Shown here piece after piece: positions 20,943-31,471 of a stretch of DNA of 41,987 nucleotides. The stretch comes from Octopus bimaculoides (Eukaryota): NCBI RefSeq assembly GCF_001194135.2, contig NC_068983.1, forward strand, positions 107,069,663-107,111,649, read 5' to 3'. Every line of letters starts with the position of its first letter. Positions within the stretch are counted from its first letter, which is position 1. The notes under the pieces were generated by a model. The model made no database searches, was not told where the DNA came from, and saw nothing but the letters and a program-made list of their open reading frames with translations. Made by a program: the position numbers and the translations under genes.

Positions 20943-21572
20943 ATACAAAAATAAGAGGAATGACCAGCAAAAGTGGACTCGCATATGCTAGAAATAGATG
21001 CTGAATCCTCTAACCATGAAAAATATGTTCTCAGTAAAAATTTAGTAACATAACAGACTGTAAAAGGGCAAGACAAATGAAAAAATACTAAATAAAAAAC
21101 GATTAACCTACGTACCATGGTTTCACCTGTTAAAATTTACATAAGTAAATATCTGCAGGCTCATCAGCGTAGTCTGTCGATTTATAAAATGTAATTTCCA
21201 GAACTAGACACAAGACGTCCACCCGAAAGGGAGCACGTGTAGAGTTCTACAAATTACATTCAGTGTATCCTTTCAAATGTCTTCAATCTGGCATGCTAAT
21301 TCCGGAAATAACTCTGCAGTTAATAAATTTTTGCAGCTAATTTACTGGTTTGAGAACATCATTATTTAAAATTTATTGATAAGGGTAGAAATTGATATTA
21401 ATCAATTAAAACCAGTGGTCTAGCATGAAGATTAAAATTATATTACATACAAAAATAAGAGAAATGACCAGCAAAAGTGGACTCCTATATGCTAGAAATA
21501 GATGCCGAATCATCTAACCACGAAAAATATGTTCTAATTGATTAATATCAATTTCTACCCTTATTAATAAAT
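20943..21572 (-). repeat. Inverted pseudo-LTR of Penelope-like element (504-bp period direct repeat plus 38-bp inverted repeat)
   Basis: 89-bp direct repeat 20943-21031 / 21447-21535 (about 6 mismatches). Inverted repeat 21371-21408 / 21535-21572 (1 mismatch). Contains a hammerhead. Confidence 0.8.
21096..21183 (-). ncRNA. Type I hammerhead ribozyme
   Basis: Minus-strand RNA: CUACG-CUGAUGA-GCCUG-(26 nt incl. AUUUAC/GUAAAU hairpin)-CAGGU-GAAA-C-CAUG-G-UA^CGUAG. All core nucleotides are present; stem I CUACG/CGUAG; palindromic stem III ACCAUGGU; predicted cleavage between 21113 and 21112. Confidence 0.88.
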
Positions 21573-22680
21573 GCATCTTATTTATAGATGCAGAATTATA
21601 CAGGTATGATGGTCTTATAACCACCTGTTATTTAAATGGCTATGAGTTAGATAAACTTAGGAAGAATCTTATTACTTTCTTTCAAAAATGGGCTTATGAA
21701 TAATGATAGAAAGTAACCTTAATAATGTAGATCTTTTAGATAATAACTTAGATTTGCAATTAAATAAATTTAAACCCTGCCGTAAGTCCAATGAAAAGCT
21801 ATTTTACATTAACAAAGAATCAAATCATCCACCTGTAATTCTCAAGAACCTAGTTAGTAATATAGGAAGGCACATATCATCCATATTTTCAGATGAGACA
21901 GTGTTTCAAAATGCTGTGCCATATTATAATAATGTATTAAGGAACAGTAGATTCTTGGAGAAGATCCAGTATAGTCAAACTACTTTTGGCAATAATAGAC
22001 CACATAGAACTAGAACTAGGAAAGTTTTGTGGTTTAATCCAGCATTTAAAATTGCCATAGAAACAAATATAGGTAGGGAATTCTTAAAACTAGTTTCTAA
22101 ACATTTTCAAACTAGGCATAAGTTCTATAGAATTTTTAATAGGAGAACGCTGAAGGTTAGCTATTCTTGTTGCAAAATCTTCACCTCTTTATTAATCAGC
22201 ATAACACAAAAATCATTAGAAGCAACCACAGTATCAAATTTGACCAGAAGAATTGCAATTTCAAAGATAAGAGTTACTGTCTATTAGAAGGAAAATCTTT
22301 TTAAAAAAGGAATAGTTTATAGAGCTAAAGTACAAATAAATGGCTCACAAGAATATAAAACACACAGAGGAGACTTTGGAAAATTCATTCAAAACTAGGT
22401 TTTATTCCCACCGAAATTCTTTCTGATACCCCCAAAATAGGACAGCAACAAGTCTTGCAAAACATGTCTGGTAATTGAAGGAAAATGACACATATACTTT
22501 CAATATCAGCTGGACAATTTTGGAGAAGGCAGCACCATATGAACATGGAGCATATAGAAGACTAATGAAATGCAATCTTTGTCTCTCAGAAAAGTTCTTC
22601 TGGTACATATTTTACATTCAACTTTTAAGAAAACCTTTGACTGTTTTGCATATTTAAATTCAAATTTTGCCGAGATTAAA
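21573..22680 (+). mobile_element. Penelope-like element (PLE), 5'-truncated RT-thumb + GIY-YIG endonuclease pseudogene
   Basis: LYRYDGL (decayed YRDDG RT motif, ~21595-21615); ORF 21703-22287 YINKESNHPP...RKVLWFNP...TNIGREFLKLVSKHF...IFNRRTLKVSYSC; then CN...C.LEG...GIVYRA and ISWTILEKAAPY...CNLCLSEK, the PLE GIY-YIG region. The AT/microsatellite-rich 22680-23714 may be its 3' UTR. Confidence 0.93.
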
Positions 22681-23714
22681 TTTTTACTCATTTTCATATT
22701 TAAATTATTATTTATTATTTCAAATTTATATATTTAAAAAAAATTTATATATTTATATTACATTTAATTATATTATATCAATTTAGTGCTTGATTTTCTT
22801 ATTTTAATATTCTATACACCAGACAATTTTTAAATGTATCTGTGTGTGTATATATGTTATGGTGTGTGTATACATGTATCTTCATGTGAATATATGTATG
22901 TAGATATAGATATCTGCATAAATATTTATTTGCATATTTGTATGCGTGTCTGCATGTGTCTACTGCATGTGTTTATGTAGATATGCATGTGCTTTTGTAT
23001 GTGTGCATTTGTAAGCTTACCAAAGTATCCGACATTTGTTAGATACTTCTTGAGAATGCCAACTTCCAAATCATTTCTCTCTCTCTCTATCTATCTATTT
23101 TTCTCTTTCTTTTTCCAATTTTCTCTTTCCCTTTCTTTTTCTTTCTCCCACCACTTATTATTCTCTGATTTTCTTTTTGTTTTCTTTCTCAAGCTTGTAA
23201 CAACTAAATTGTATATTTGAAATACACACGGGGAAATATTGTATGTATATATATATGTACGTGGATACCTATATATGCATTAGCATATACATATGTTTTG
23301 CCTGTATTTATTTGTACATGTATGTTGGTATGTACTAACTTTTGTATGTTTAGTGTATATATGTATATATAGGTTTTTTGGTATGTGTATGTATTACTAA
23401 ATGTATATGTATTATTATGATGTTAGTTCATTGTAAGTGTTTTTATTTCAAATGGACATATCTTTTTAATTTATTTAAATTTATTTTACCATAATTTAAT
23501 TTACCCTGGGTATAAAGGTTTTTCCCTTCTACTAAAACTAATTTTTGATTTAAGGTTTTCTTCGATTTTTATAATAATATGATTTTAAATCATAATTGTA
23601 ATTTCATATAACCGGTTATTGAAATGGCTGTTAGTTGAAAGGACCAATGAAACAAAGCCATTTTCAAATGTGTATCTCTCAATGTAATTGTATATTTATG
23701 TATATAACCTTATT

Positions 23715-23880
23715 NNNNNNNNNNNNNNNNNNNNNNNNNNNNNNNNNNNNNNNNNNNNNNNNNNNNNNNNNNNNNNNNNNNNNNNNNNNNNNNNNNNNNN
23801 NNNNNNNNNNNNNNNNNNNNNNNNNNNNNNNNNNNNNNNNNNNNNNNNNNNNNNNNNNNNNNNNNNNNNNNNNNNNNNNN
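23715..23880. other. Assembly gap
   Basis: N run. Confidence 1.
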
Positions 23881-23923
<43 letters not shown>

Positions 23924-24307
23924 TCTATATACACACACACATTCGTGCCTAAGCAAACAATTGCAGTCTTAAAATTGTTGCAATATATACAGAAATTTTC
24001 CAAGTTGATGTTTAATCAAATACCAGTCACATTCTGTAACCCATTATGCTAGGTTGGTCACAATAAACTGTGCAATATATTGATTTGGAAGAATTTGAAC
24101 AAGAGTAAAAAGTTTAATGGTTAAAAACAAACTGAGGAATGTGTTTTTTGAGGGAGAGTATGTGGAAAGTTGTAAAATTTTAAACTTTTCTAATAGCTTT
24201 TGTAACTAAAGAAAAACAAAAAAATTCTAACAATGCTTAGAAAGATTCAAACTTCACAACCATGTGTTAAGTTCATAGCATATACTTGTCTAATATATCC
24301 AATATAT

Positions 24308-24525
24308 ATTTAATGCTTTTGTTATCATATTTTTGTTGAATTACATTGCATCTGTTTCAATTAATTTAGAAAATAATAATTTTGTAAAAATATCTTGGTC
24401 ATTATTAAGCTGGTAATTGGAATATAAATTAACAAGGAATTTCAAAGGGAAATTTCAATTTAGCTCTGTTTATGTAGAAAGTTTGTGTCATAGAAGCTGG
24501 AGCAGACTTGGGCAGGTCAAAAAGT
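24308..24525. mobile_element. Degraded TTAA-type MITE (second family)
   Basis: ttttgttatcatatttttgttgaattac...gtcattattaagctggt is similar to 38144-38250. Confidence 0.55.
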
Positions 24526-26027
24526 ACTGATTATAACAGATGTTGAAAAGTAGGTTTAATATTTCCATGATGCTTTTTTGGACAGTTAAAAACAAGTCTT
24601 TTTATGAATACTAATTCTTTGACAAATTATGAAGTGGAATTCCTTGTTAAGTTATTTATTTTGCTCAATATACCAAATAAATAGTTATAGTTATCAAATG
24701 ATTAGCAAACAAGATAGCTATTAAGAAATGATGTAATATTTCTTAGGATCTATTTTTAATTTGCACATACATTTGATTTTTATTAGTTTATAATTTTTTC
24801 TCTGTCATATGTTCTTTATAATTAACCTAGGTGTGATCATTTGGTAGTGAAAGTTTTCATTTTGTGTCATTGGTAAATATTTTTCATTTTTGTTTTGTTG
24901 TTGCTTTGATTCCATTTATTGCTGATTTAAATAGCAAACATTCCTTATTAACTGCATCAGTAAATACTATCAGTATCAGATAAAATAAACAAGTTTTCTT
25001 TTTTTTATTGTGACTACTTTTAACTTTTTCATCTTAACAACATACTTCACTTTTAGCCAGAGTGACAATTTACTAGTCATGTATTCAGGAAATAGGTGAA
25101 AAAAAGAAAGTAAACATATTAAAGCCTCACCAATGAAATCAACTAACAAACAGTAGCAACAATATTGAAGCTATTTAAATTGCATGAAGATCCAATTCTT
25201 TTTCTGTACCACTCAAATAGCTAATTTAAAATTTCTCATTCACTATTTCTGAAATCTGAAAATCTTAATCCCAAGAGCATATGAGCTGACATTAAGACAC
25301 TTTCTGTATATGAAACTGAACAAAGATTGTGAGGATTTAGTTAGCTTCAAGTTATAAAGCCTGAACAAATTAAAACATGAGAGATGAAACAATTAGAAAT
25401 ACTAACTCAGTTTCGTTGTATTGCTAGTGTCTACTTGGATTGAGAAATTGAAGGTGTGTTTAAACATTACATTGATTGCCGAAACTCCTAATGGGTATTT
25501 GAATCAAATAGTGGAACAAATCTCTCAATCTGTAAATAATGAGTTTGTTGTTTCAAACTGTACTAACCCATAATAGAAAAGCTGTTAATTTTAACTGTTA
25601 GCAACATTATAAAAAAATACAATATTTAATAAAAGTCCAAACTATAGTGGGGGATTGCCTCAATCATTAGACTATTAGATAAACCCTTTGTAGCATATTG
25701 TCCTGGATTTTTGCATTCTGAGGTCAACTTTACCTTTGATCCTTCTTGAATTGACAGAATAAAATATTATTTATGTTTTGGGGCAATTCATATCAAGTGT
25801 GCTTCCCCACAAAACTTTTTCGAGCTTTGCATCTATGTTAGAAATTATTATTAAAACTCAAAACAATATTTTAAATCTGTCAGCAAACATTCTAGTCATA
25901 GTTTCTCAATTATAAGAGAATTCAATGTGTACATTGAGTGCCTTACAACCATTTCAGATATATTTTTCCTTGTTATATTATTTCTAAAAATCAACTATTC
26001 TACAGACAACATACACATGCATACATA

Positions 26028-26135
26028 TAGCTTAGTGGTTAGGGCATTGCAGTTTCAATTCTTCAATAGGGTGATGCATTGTGTTCTTGAGAAAGACATA
26101 TCATTTCACATCACTTCAGTCTACTACTCAACTGG
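26028..26135 (+). mobile_element. SINE head fragment (family of 27018-27275)
   Basis: gcttagtggttagggcattg...gtttcaattc...gcattgtgttcttgag. Confidence 0.65.
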
Positions 26136-26159
26136 CAAAACAAAAGTAATCACAGTAAC

Positions 26160-26843
26160 AAACATCACAGGAAAATCAGCTGCTTTCATTGAGTGTTTCC
26201 TAACCCAGGATAAGTGTTGGCTTCATCACTTTGAGCCAGAGACGAAAAGAAATCCATGCAATGGAAACACCCCTCCTCATCTGCTCCAAAGAAGGCCAAG
26301 GTCATTTCATCTATAGGGAAGCTGATGACCTCAGTACTCTGGGATGCAAAAGGCATTGTGTTTATTGACCATCTTTAAAAACAGCCATTCCGTCAATGGA
26401 GTGTACTATACCAACTTGCTGAGGCAGCTATGAAAGGCTATCAAGACCAAATGCCCAGGAAAATTGACGAAAGTGGAATCCTGTTTAATCAGGACAATGC
26501 TCCAGCACCGAAGTCCTTGCTTCCATTGGCTGTGTGTGTCTGTGGCTTTGAACTGGTTGATCACCCTCCCTATTCTCCTGATCTGACTATCATTTGTTTT
26601 TCAACATGAAAAAACATTTGGTTTGGAACCAGTATCATAGTGATAATGATATCATATCTGCAGTTGATAACTTTTTTTGATCAACAGGATGAAAGCATCT
26701 TCACCAATGGGATCCAAGCACTGCAGCACTGATGGAAGAAATGTGTGTACCCAAGGGGGACTATGTTGTAAAATAAATCTCATTTGGTCATATTCCATGA
26801 AAGTATCTTGGCCAACTTATAAACTTTTCTGCCAAACCTCATA
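26160..26843 (+). mobile_element. Mariner 3' half (catalytic domain pseudogene + 3' TIR)
   Basis: TQDKCWLHHFEPETK, SMQWKHPSSSAPKKAKV, WDAKGIVFID, NQDNAPA, DHPPYSPDL, ..DYV.K-stop, then TIR ending cctca-TA. Same family as 15431-16470. Confidence 0.92.
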
Positions 26844-27017
26844 ATTTGTATTTCCAACTTAATTTGGACATGTTGTTTTGAACATTGTAAACTGTGGAAA
26901 TCATTCTGTGAAATCATTATAGACGTTAAGTGCTAAAAAAAAGCACAGATTATATCAGCAGACAAAATTTTGTCAGTACCCATATGATATAAACTGTCCC
27001 TGTCCCATCTTCTATCT

Positions 27018-27275
27018 GTGGAGGTGTGTGGCTTAGTGGTTAGCGTGTTGGATTTATGATCATAAGATTGTGGTTTCAATCCTTGACTGGGCAATGCATT
27101 GTGTTCTTGAGCAAAACACTTCATTTCACATTGCTCCAGTCCACTCAGCTATCAAAAATGAGTTATCCTGTGATGGACTGGTGTCCTTTCCAGGTGGAGA
27201 ATTTATACACCGTGGAAACCAGGAAACTGGCCCTTATGAGTCAGTGTGACTCAAGAAGGTAACTTTACTTAACTT
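27018..27275 (+). mobile_element. tRNA-derived SINE with V-domain-like central motif
   Basis: A box tggcttagtggtt, B box ggtttcaatcc, central cctgtgatggactggtgtcctttccagg resembling the V-SINE domain, (aacttt)n-like tail. Confidence 0.75.
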
Positions 27276-27689
27276 TACCGTCTTCCATCTATGTTCAAAA
27301 CAACACATCCAAGTTAAGTTGGCTGAGTGAATAAATATTTGCTACAAAAGCTGCTTCTCTTAATAATAGCTAATTGATACACAGCACACTAGCTTTTGGT
27401 GATATCACTGACAGTTTAGTCAGTGTTAGATTATATTGGTTTGATGGAGTTTCAGTCTGGCATTCGGTGGTAGGGTGCTTGTTACTGATGGTGCACAAAT
27501 TATACTGAAGTCACGTGATACAACAGTCCTATTCACCAGTGCAAACAAAATTTCATCTGCCTGTATAATTTGTGCTTTTTAGAATTTAGGAGATGATTTC
27601 TGAGGATAACTATTGCAGTTTATGGTGTTCAAAACAGCACAATACATTCTGTCCAACAAAATGGCCCTCATATGGCATTGGTCAACTTC

Positions 27690-27780
27690 AAATTATACTT
27701 GAAGACTCTTGTCCCATGTGTTGTCTGGTAGGATTGAACCTAAACAGTGTGGATGCAATGTAAACATCACAGCCACACAC
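27690..27780 (-). mobile_element. Degraded SINE head
   Basis: gaagactcttgtcccatg...ggattgaacc...acagccacac is the reverse complement of a head like 31067-31170. Confidence 0.5.
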
Positions 27781-28349
27781 CTATTCCTTTTCATTAAAAT
27801 AAATGACATTTATGCTTCGTTAAACAACACTGGAATGTCAGATTGCCATTGGAGGATTAATTGAATGTTCTTATTGATAAAAATAGCAAAAAATCTGGTA
27901 GAAGATGATATTAGCAGTGGACACAAACTCTGGATTCATAGAACTTTGAGAATGCTTGAATGTGTCATATTTTTCTATGTTTTAGTTCCATTAATGTGCT
28001 CTATTATCCATGCAACTACCATTTTTATGCTTGAAATGCTGCTCATAATAATAGATACTCAACACTAGAAATAAAATCTGTTACAAAAAAAAAATATATT
28101 CCCCCAAAACGAAAACAAAACAGACAAAAATACCAATAGAGATTCTATGCTTTAATTGGAAGGCTATAGCAGAATGTGGGTTTAGCCTGCAGTCTTGTCA
28201 TTATTCTATGTTGCTATTTATGATTTCAAGAAATTCTATGGTATCTAGTGACGTAGCACTAATAAATGGCATTTTTAAATAAAAGAATTTAAAGAAGAAA
28301 ACAAATAAAAAAAAATGATAAAACAAACTTATAGATGCTGCTCATTCAT

Positions 28350-28825
28350 TGTCATGGTCGTCAACATCATCAGCATCATCATCATCATCGTAATCATTGC
28401 AGTTGTTGTCGTCATTGTTGTCATCATCACCTTCATTCTCCTCCTCCTCCTTTTCTTCGTTGTCATCATCGTCATCATCATCATTATCATCATCAACAAC
28501 ATCATCGTCACCACCACCACCACCACCACCAACAACAACAACGCCAACAACAGCTTTTCTGTTATTACCTTCTATGTACCTTGTTGACAAGAACAATGAC
28601 AACAACAACAACAATATGATGACTATTACAATGATGATGATGATGATGACGATGATGATGATGATAGTGATGACGATGGTGGTGATGACAATGAGGTTGA
28701 TGATGATGACGAGATGATGACGATGATGATGATAATAATGGTGATGGTAGTGGTGGTGGTTGTAGTGGTTAACGGGACAATGATAGTGATGATGATAATG
28801 ATGATGATGATGATGATGATGGTAA
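28350..28825. repeat. Compound trinucleotide repeat: (CAT/CAC/CAA)n arm then (ATG/GGT)n arm
   Basis: Directly visible. Confidence 0.9.
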
Positions 28826-29704
28826 TGTATTTTTGTCAGTTATAATGTGATGGTTTTATAGGCTTTTAAAAGTTAACAACTTCTAAGAAAGATATTTATT
28901 TTTTTTTTCTTTAAAGAATTTAATTGTTTGTAGCAATATTGGTTAATTCCAGTTTAGAAACCATTAGTTTGTAATTTCAGACAGAGCTATTTTTATTTCA
29001 CTTGATTATGTCTGCTTTCTTTCATATGGGAATTATTATAATAAAAAGAATATTAAAAAAATCAAAAACAAAAATAACAACAACAACAATAATAAATATA
29101 ATAAGAACAAAATTTTTTATTTTTTAAATAAAATAAAAATAGAAATAAAATTTCCAACCTGTGATGGTTTCAGAAGCTAATTGATATGGTAATTATTGTA
29201 GCAATTGCCTTTCTGTTCAGAATCAAATAATATTAAGCTGTTTTGAACATGTGGCCTTCATTGAGCCATTCGGTATTTTTTTTATATCTTGCAAGAACCT
29301 ACTCATAGCTAGTCACATGTTCATAGCAAAACTGTTACATGTTTAAATCTGTGTACATTTTCATACTAGCTTGGCATTATATTACCAACAACATTTTCAA
29401 TGACATACACACTGAGGCTTAAACACACCAGAAGGAATGATTAATTGTCCATTAATTATTGACTGATTACAGAAATTATAACAGTAACTCATGCTAATAT
29501 TTGGAATATCTATTACACCTCTAACTACCCTGGACATCAGCTCACCACGCCTCATTCAGTGAAACATGAAAGTCAAATAGTCTTTGTTTTCAATAAAATG
29601 ATGGCAGACGGAAAAGAGGGCTGGAATGAAATTTGCATAAATTCAAAATGATTTATTGGAAAAAAAAAACAAAAAAAACTTCTTTTTATTTTACAAAGAG
29701 AAGG

Positions 29705-29784
29705 ATTTCTTCTTCTTCTTCTTCCTCTTCTTCTTTTTCTTCTTCTTTTTCCTCTTCTTCTTCTTCTTCTTCTTCTTCTTCTTT

Positions 29785-29835
<51 letters not shown>

Positions 29836-30588
29836 CTTCTCTTCCTCCTTCTCTTTCTCCTTCTCTTCTTCCTCCTCCTCCTCCTCTNNNNNNNNNNNNN
29901 NNNNNNNNNNNNNNNNNNNNNNNNNNNNNNNNNNNNNNNNNNNNNNNNNNNNNNNNNNNNNNNNNNNNNNNNNNNNNNNNNNNNNNNNNNNNNNNNNNNN
30001 NNNNNNNNNNNNNNNNNNNNNNNNNNNNNNNNNNNNNNNNNNNNNNNNNNNNNNNNNNNNNNNNNNNNNNNNNNNNNNNNNNNNNNNNNNNNNNNNNNNN
30101 NNNNNNNNNNNNNNNNNNNNNNNNNNNNNNNNNNNNNNNNNNNNNNNNNNNNNNNNNNNNNNNNNNNNNNNNNNNNNNNNNNNNNNNNNNNNNNNNNNNN
30201 NNNNNNNNNNNNNNNNNNNNNNNNNNNNNNNNNNNNNNNNNNNNNNNNNNNNNNNNNNNNNNNNNNNNNNNNNNNNNNNNNNNNNNNNNNNNNNNNNNNN
30301 NNNNNNNNNNNNNNNNNNNNNNNNNNNNNNNNNNNNNNNNNNNNNNNNNNNNNNNNNNNNNNNNNNNNNNNNNNNNNNNNNNNNNNNNNNNNNNNNNNNN
30401 NNNNNNNNNNNNNNNNNNNNNNNNNNNNNNNNNNNNNNNNNNNNNNNNNNNNNNNNNNNNNNNNNNNNNNNNNNNNNNNNNNNNNNNNNNNNNNNNNNNN
30501 NNNNNNNNNNNNNNNNNNNNNNNNNNNNNNNNNNNNNNNNNNNNNNNNNNNNNNNNNNNNNNNNNNNNNNNNNNNNNNNNNNNNNNNN

Positions 30589-30631
<43 letters not shown>

Positions 30632-30760
30632 GCAACAACAACAACAGCAGCAGCAGCAGCATCAACTACAACAGCAGCAGCAGCAGCAACAACAACAACA
30701 ACAACAACAACAAGAGCATCATCATCATCATCAGCAGCAGCAACAACAACAACAACAATG
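29705..30760. repeat. (CTT/CCT)n and (CAA/CAG)n tracts flanking gap 29888-30588
   Basis: Directly visible. Confidence 0.95.
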
Positions 30761-31066
30761 GTAATAATATTGTTATGCTTGTTATTATTACTATCATTAT
30801 TATTAATCAATATTTTCCAAATGTATTTCTGTGCCAGCAAAAATGAAAACCAATAGAAAAATCTCAGTTACTCATAAAATCAATAACGATTCCTTCTGAC
30901 TAAATATGTTTCTTTTTTCTTTCCTTTGCAAAAGAGCATCATAGGAAATTGAACTGTACTGTATATTACTGGTATACTTATTTCAGAATTAAAAGCATGA
31001 GTTAACCCGTCTGTAATTTGAACTCAGAATGAATGTGTATCATTTCAATAACAAAATAATGTACCC

Positions 31067-31471
31067 AGGCGCAGCAGTGGCTGTGTGGTGAGTAGCTTGC
31101 TTACCAACCACATGGTTCCGGGTTCAGTCCCACTGCGTGGCATCTTGGGCAAGTGTCTTCTACTATAGCCTCGGGCCGACCAAAGCCTTGTGAGTGGATT
31201 TGGTAGACGGAAACTGAAAGAAGCCCGTCGTATATATGTATATATATATATATGTGTGTGTGTCTGTGTGTCTGTGTTTGTCCCCCTAGCATTGCTTGAC
31301 AACCGATGCTGGTGTGCTTATGTCTCCGTAACTTAGCGGTTCGGCAAAAGAGACTGATAGAATAAGTACTAGGCTTACAAAGAATAAGTCCCGGGGTCGA
31401 TTTGCTTGACTAAAGGTGGTGCTCCAGCATGGCCGTAGTCAAATGACTGAAACAAGTAAAGAGAAAGAGAG
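31067..31471 (+). mobile_element. Full-length tRNA-derived SINE with central (TA)/(TG) microsatellite
   Basis: A box tggctgtgtggt, B box ggttcagtccc, head-microsatellite-body layout, tail aacaagtaaagagaaagagag. CpG-rich, so probably young. Further fragments at 5341, 17785-19072 and 37470. Confidence 0.92.

Noticed and set aside
23608-23667. Palindrome ataaccggttat and hairpin ttgaaatggct/agccattttcaa next to the gap
   Set aside because: No ribozyme core. It may be part of the PLE 3' region but cannot be interpreted because of the adjacent gap.
29150-29650. Unique stretch with octamer ATTTGCAT (29631-29638) and TAAT clusters
   Set aside because: Such short motifs are expected by chance in AT-rich DNA; an enhancer call needs conservation or chromatin data.
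28315-30856. Long poly-S/E/D/H/T/Q ORFs in the ORF track
   Set aside because: Translations of trinucleotide microsatellites and N gaps, open in several frames at once. The same applies to ORFs at 18147, 23635-24003, 33408-35424, 36088-36489, 37192-38106 and other (CA)n/(TATG)n ORFs.
31067-31150. tRNA gene
   Set aside because: A/B boxes are present but there is no cloverleaf, and the sequence continues into a SINE body. It is a SINE head; the same applies to 8904 and 27018.
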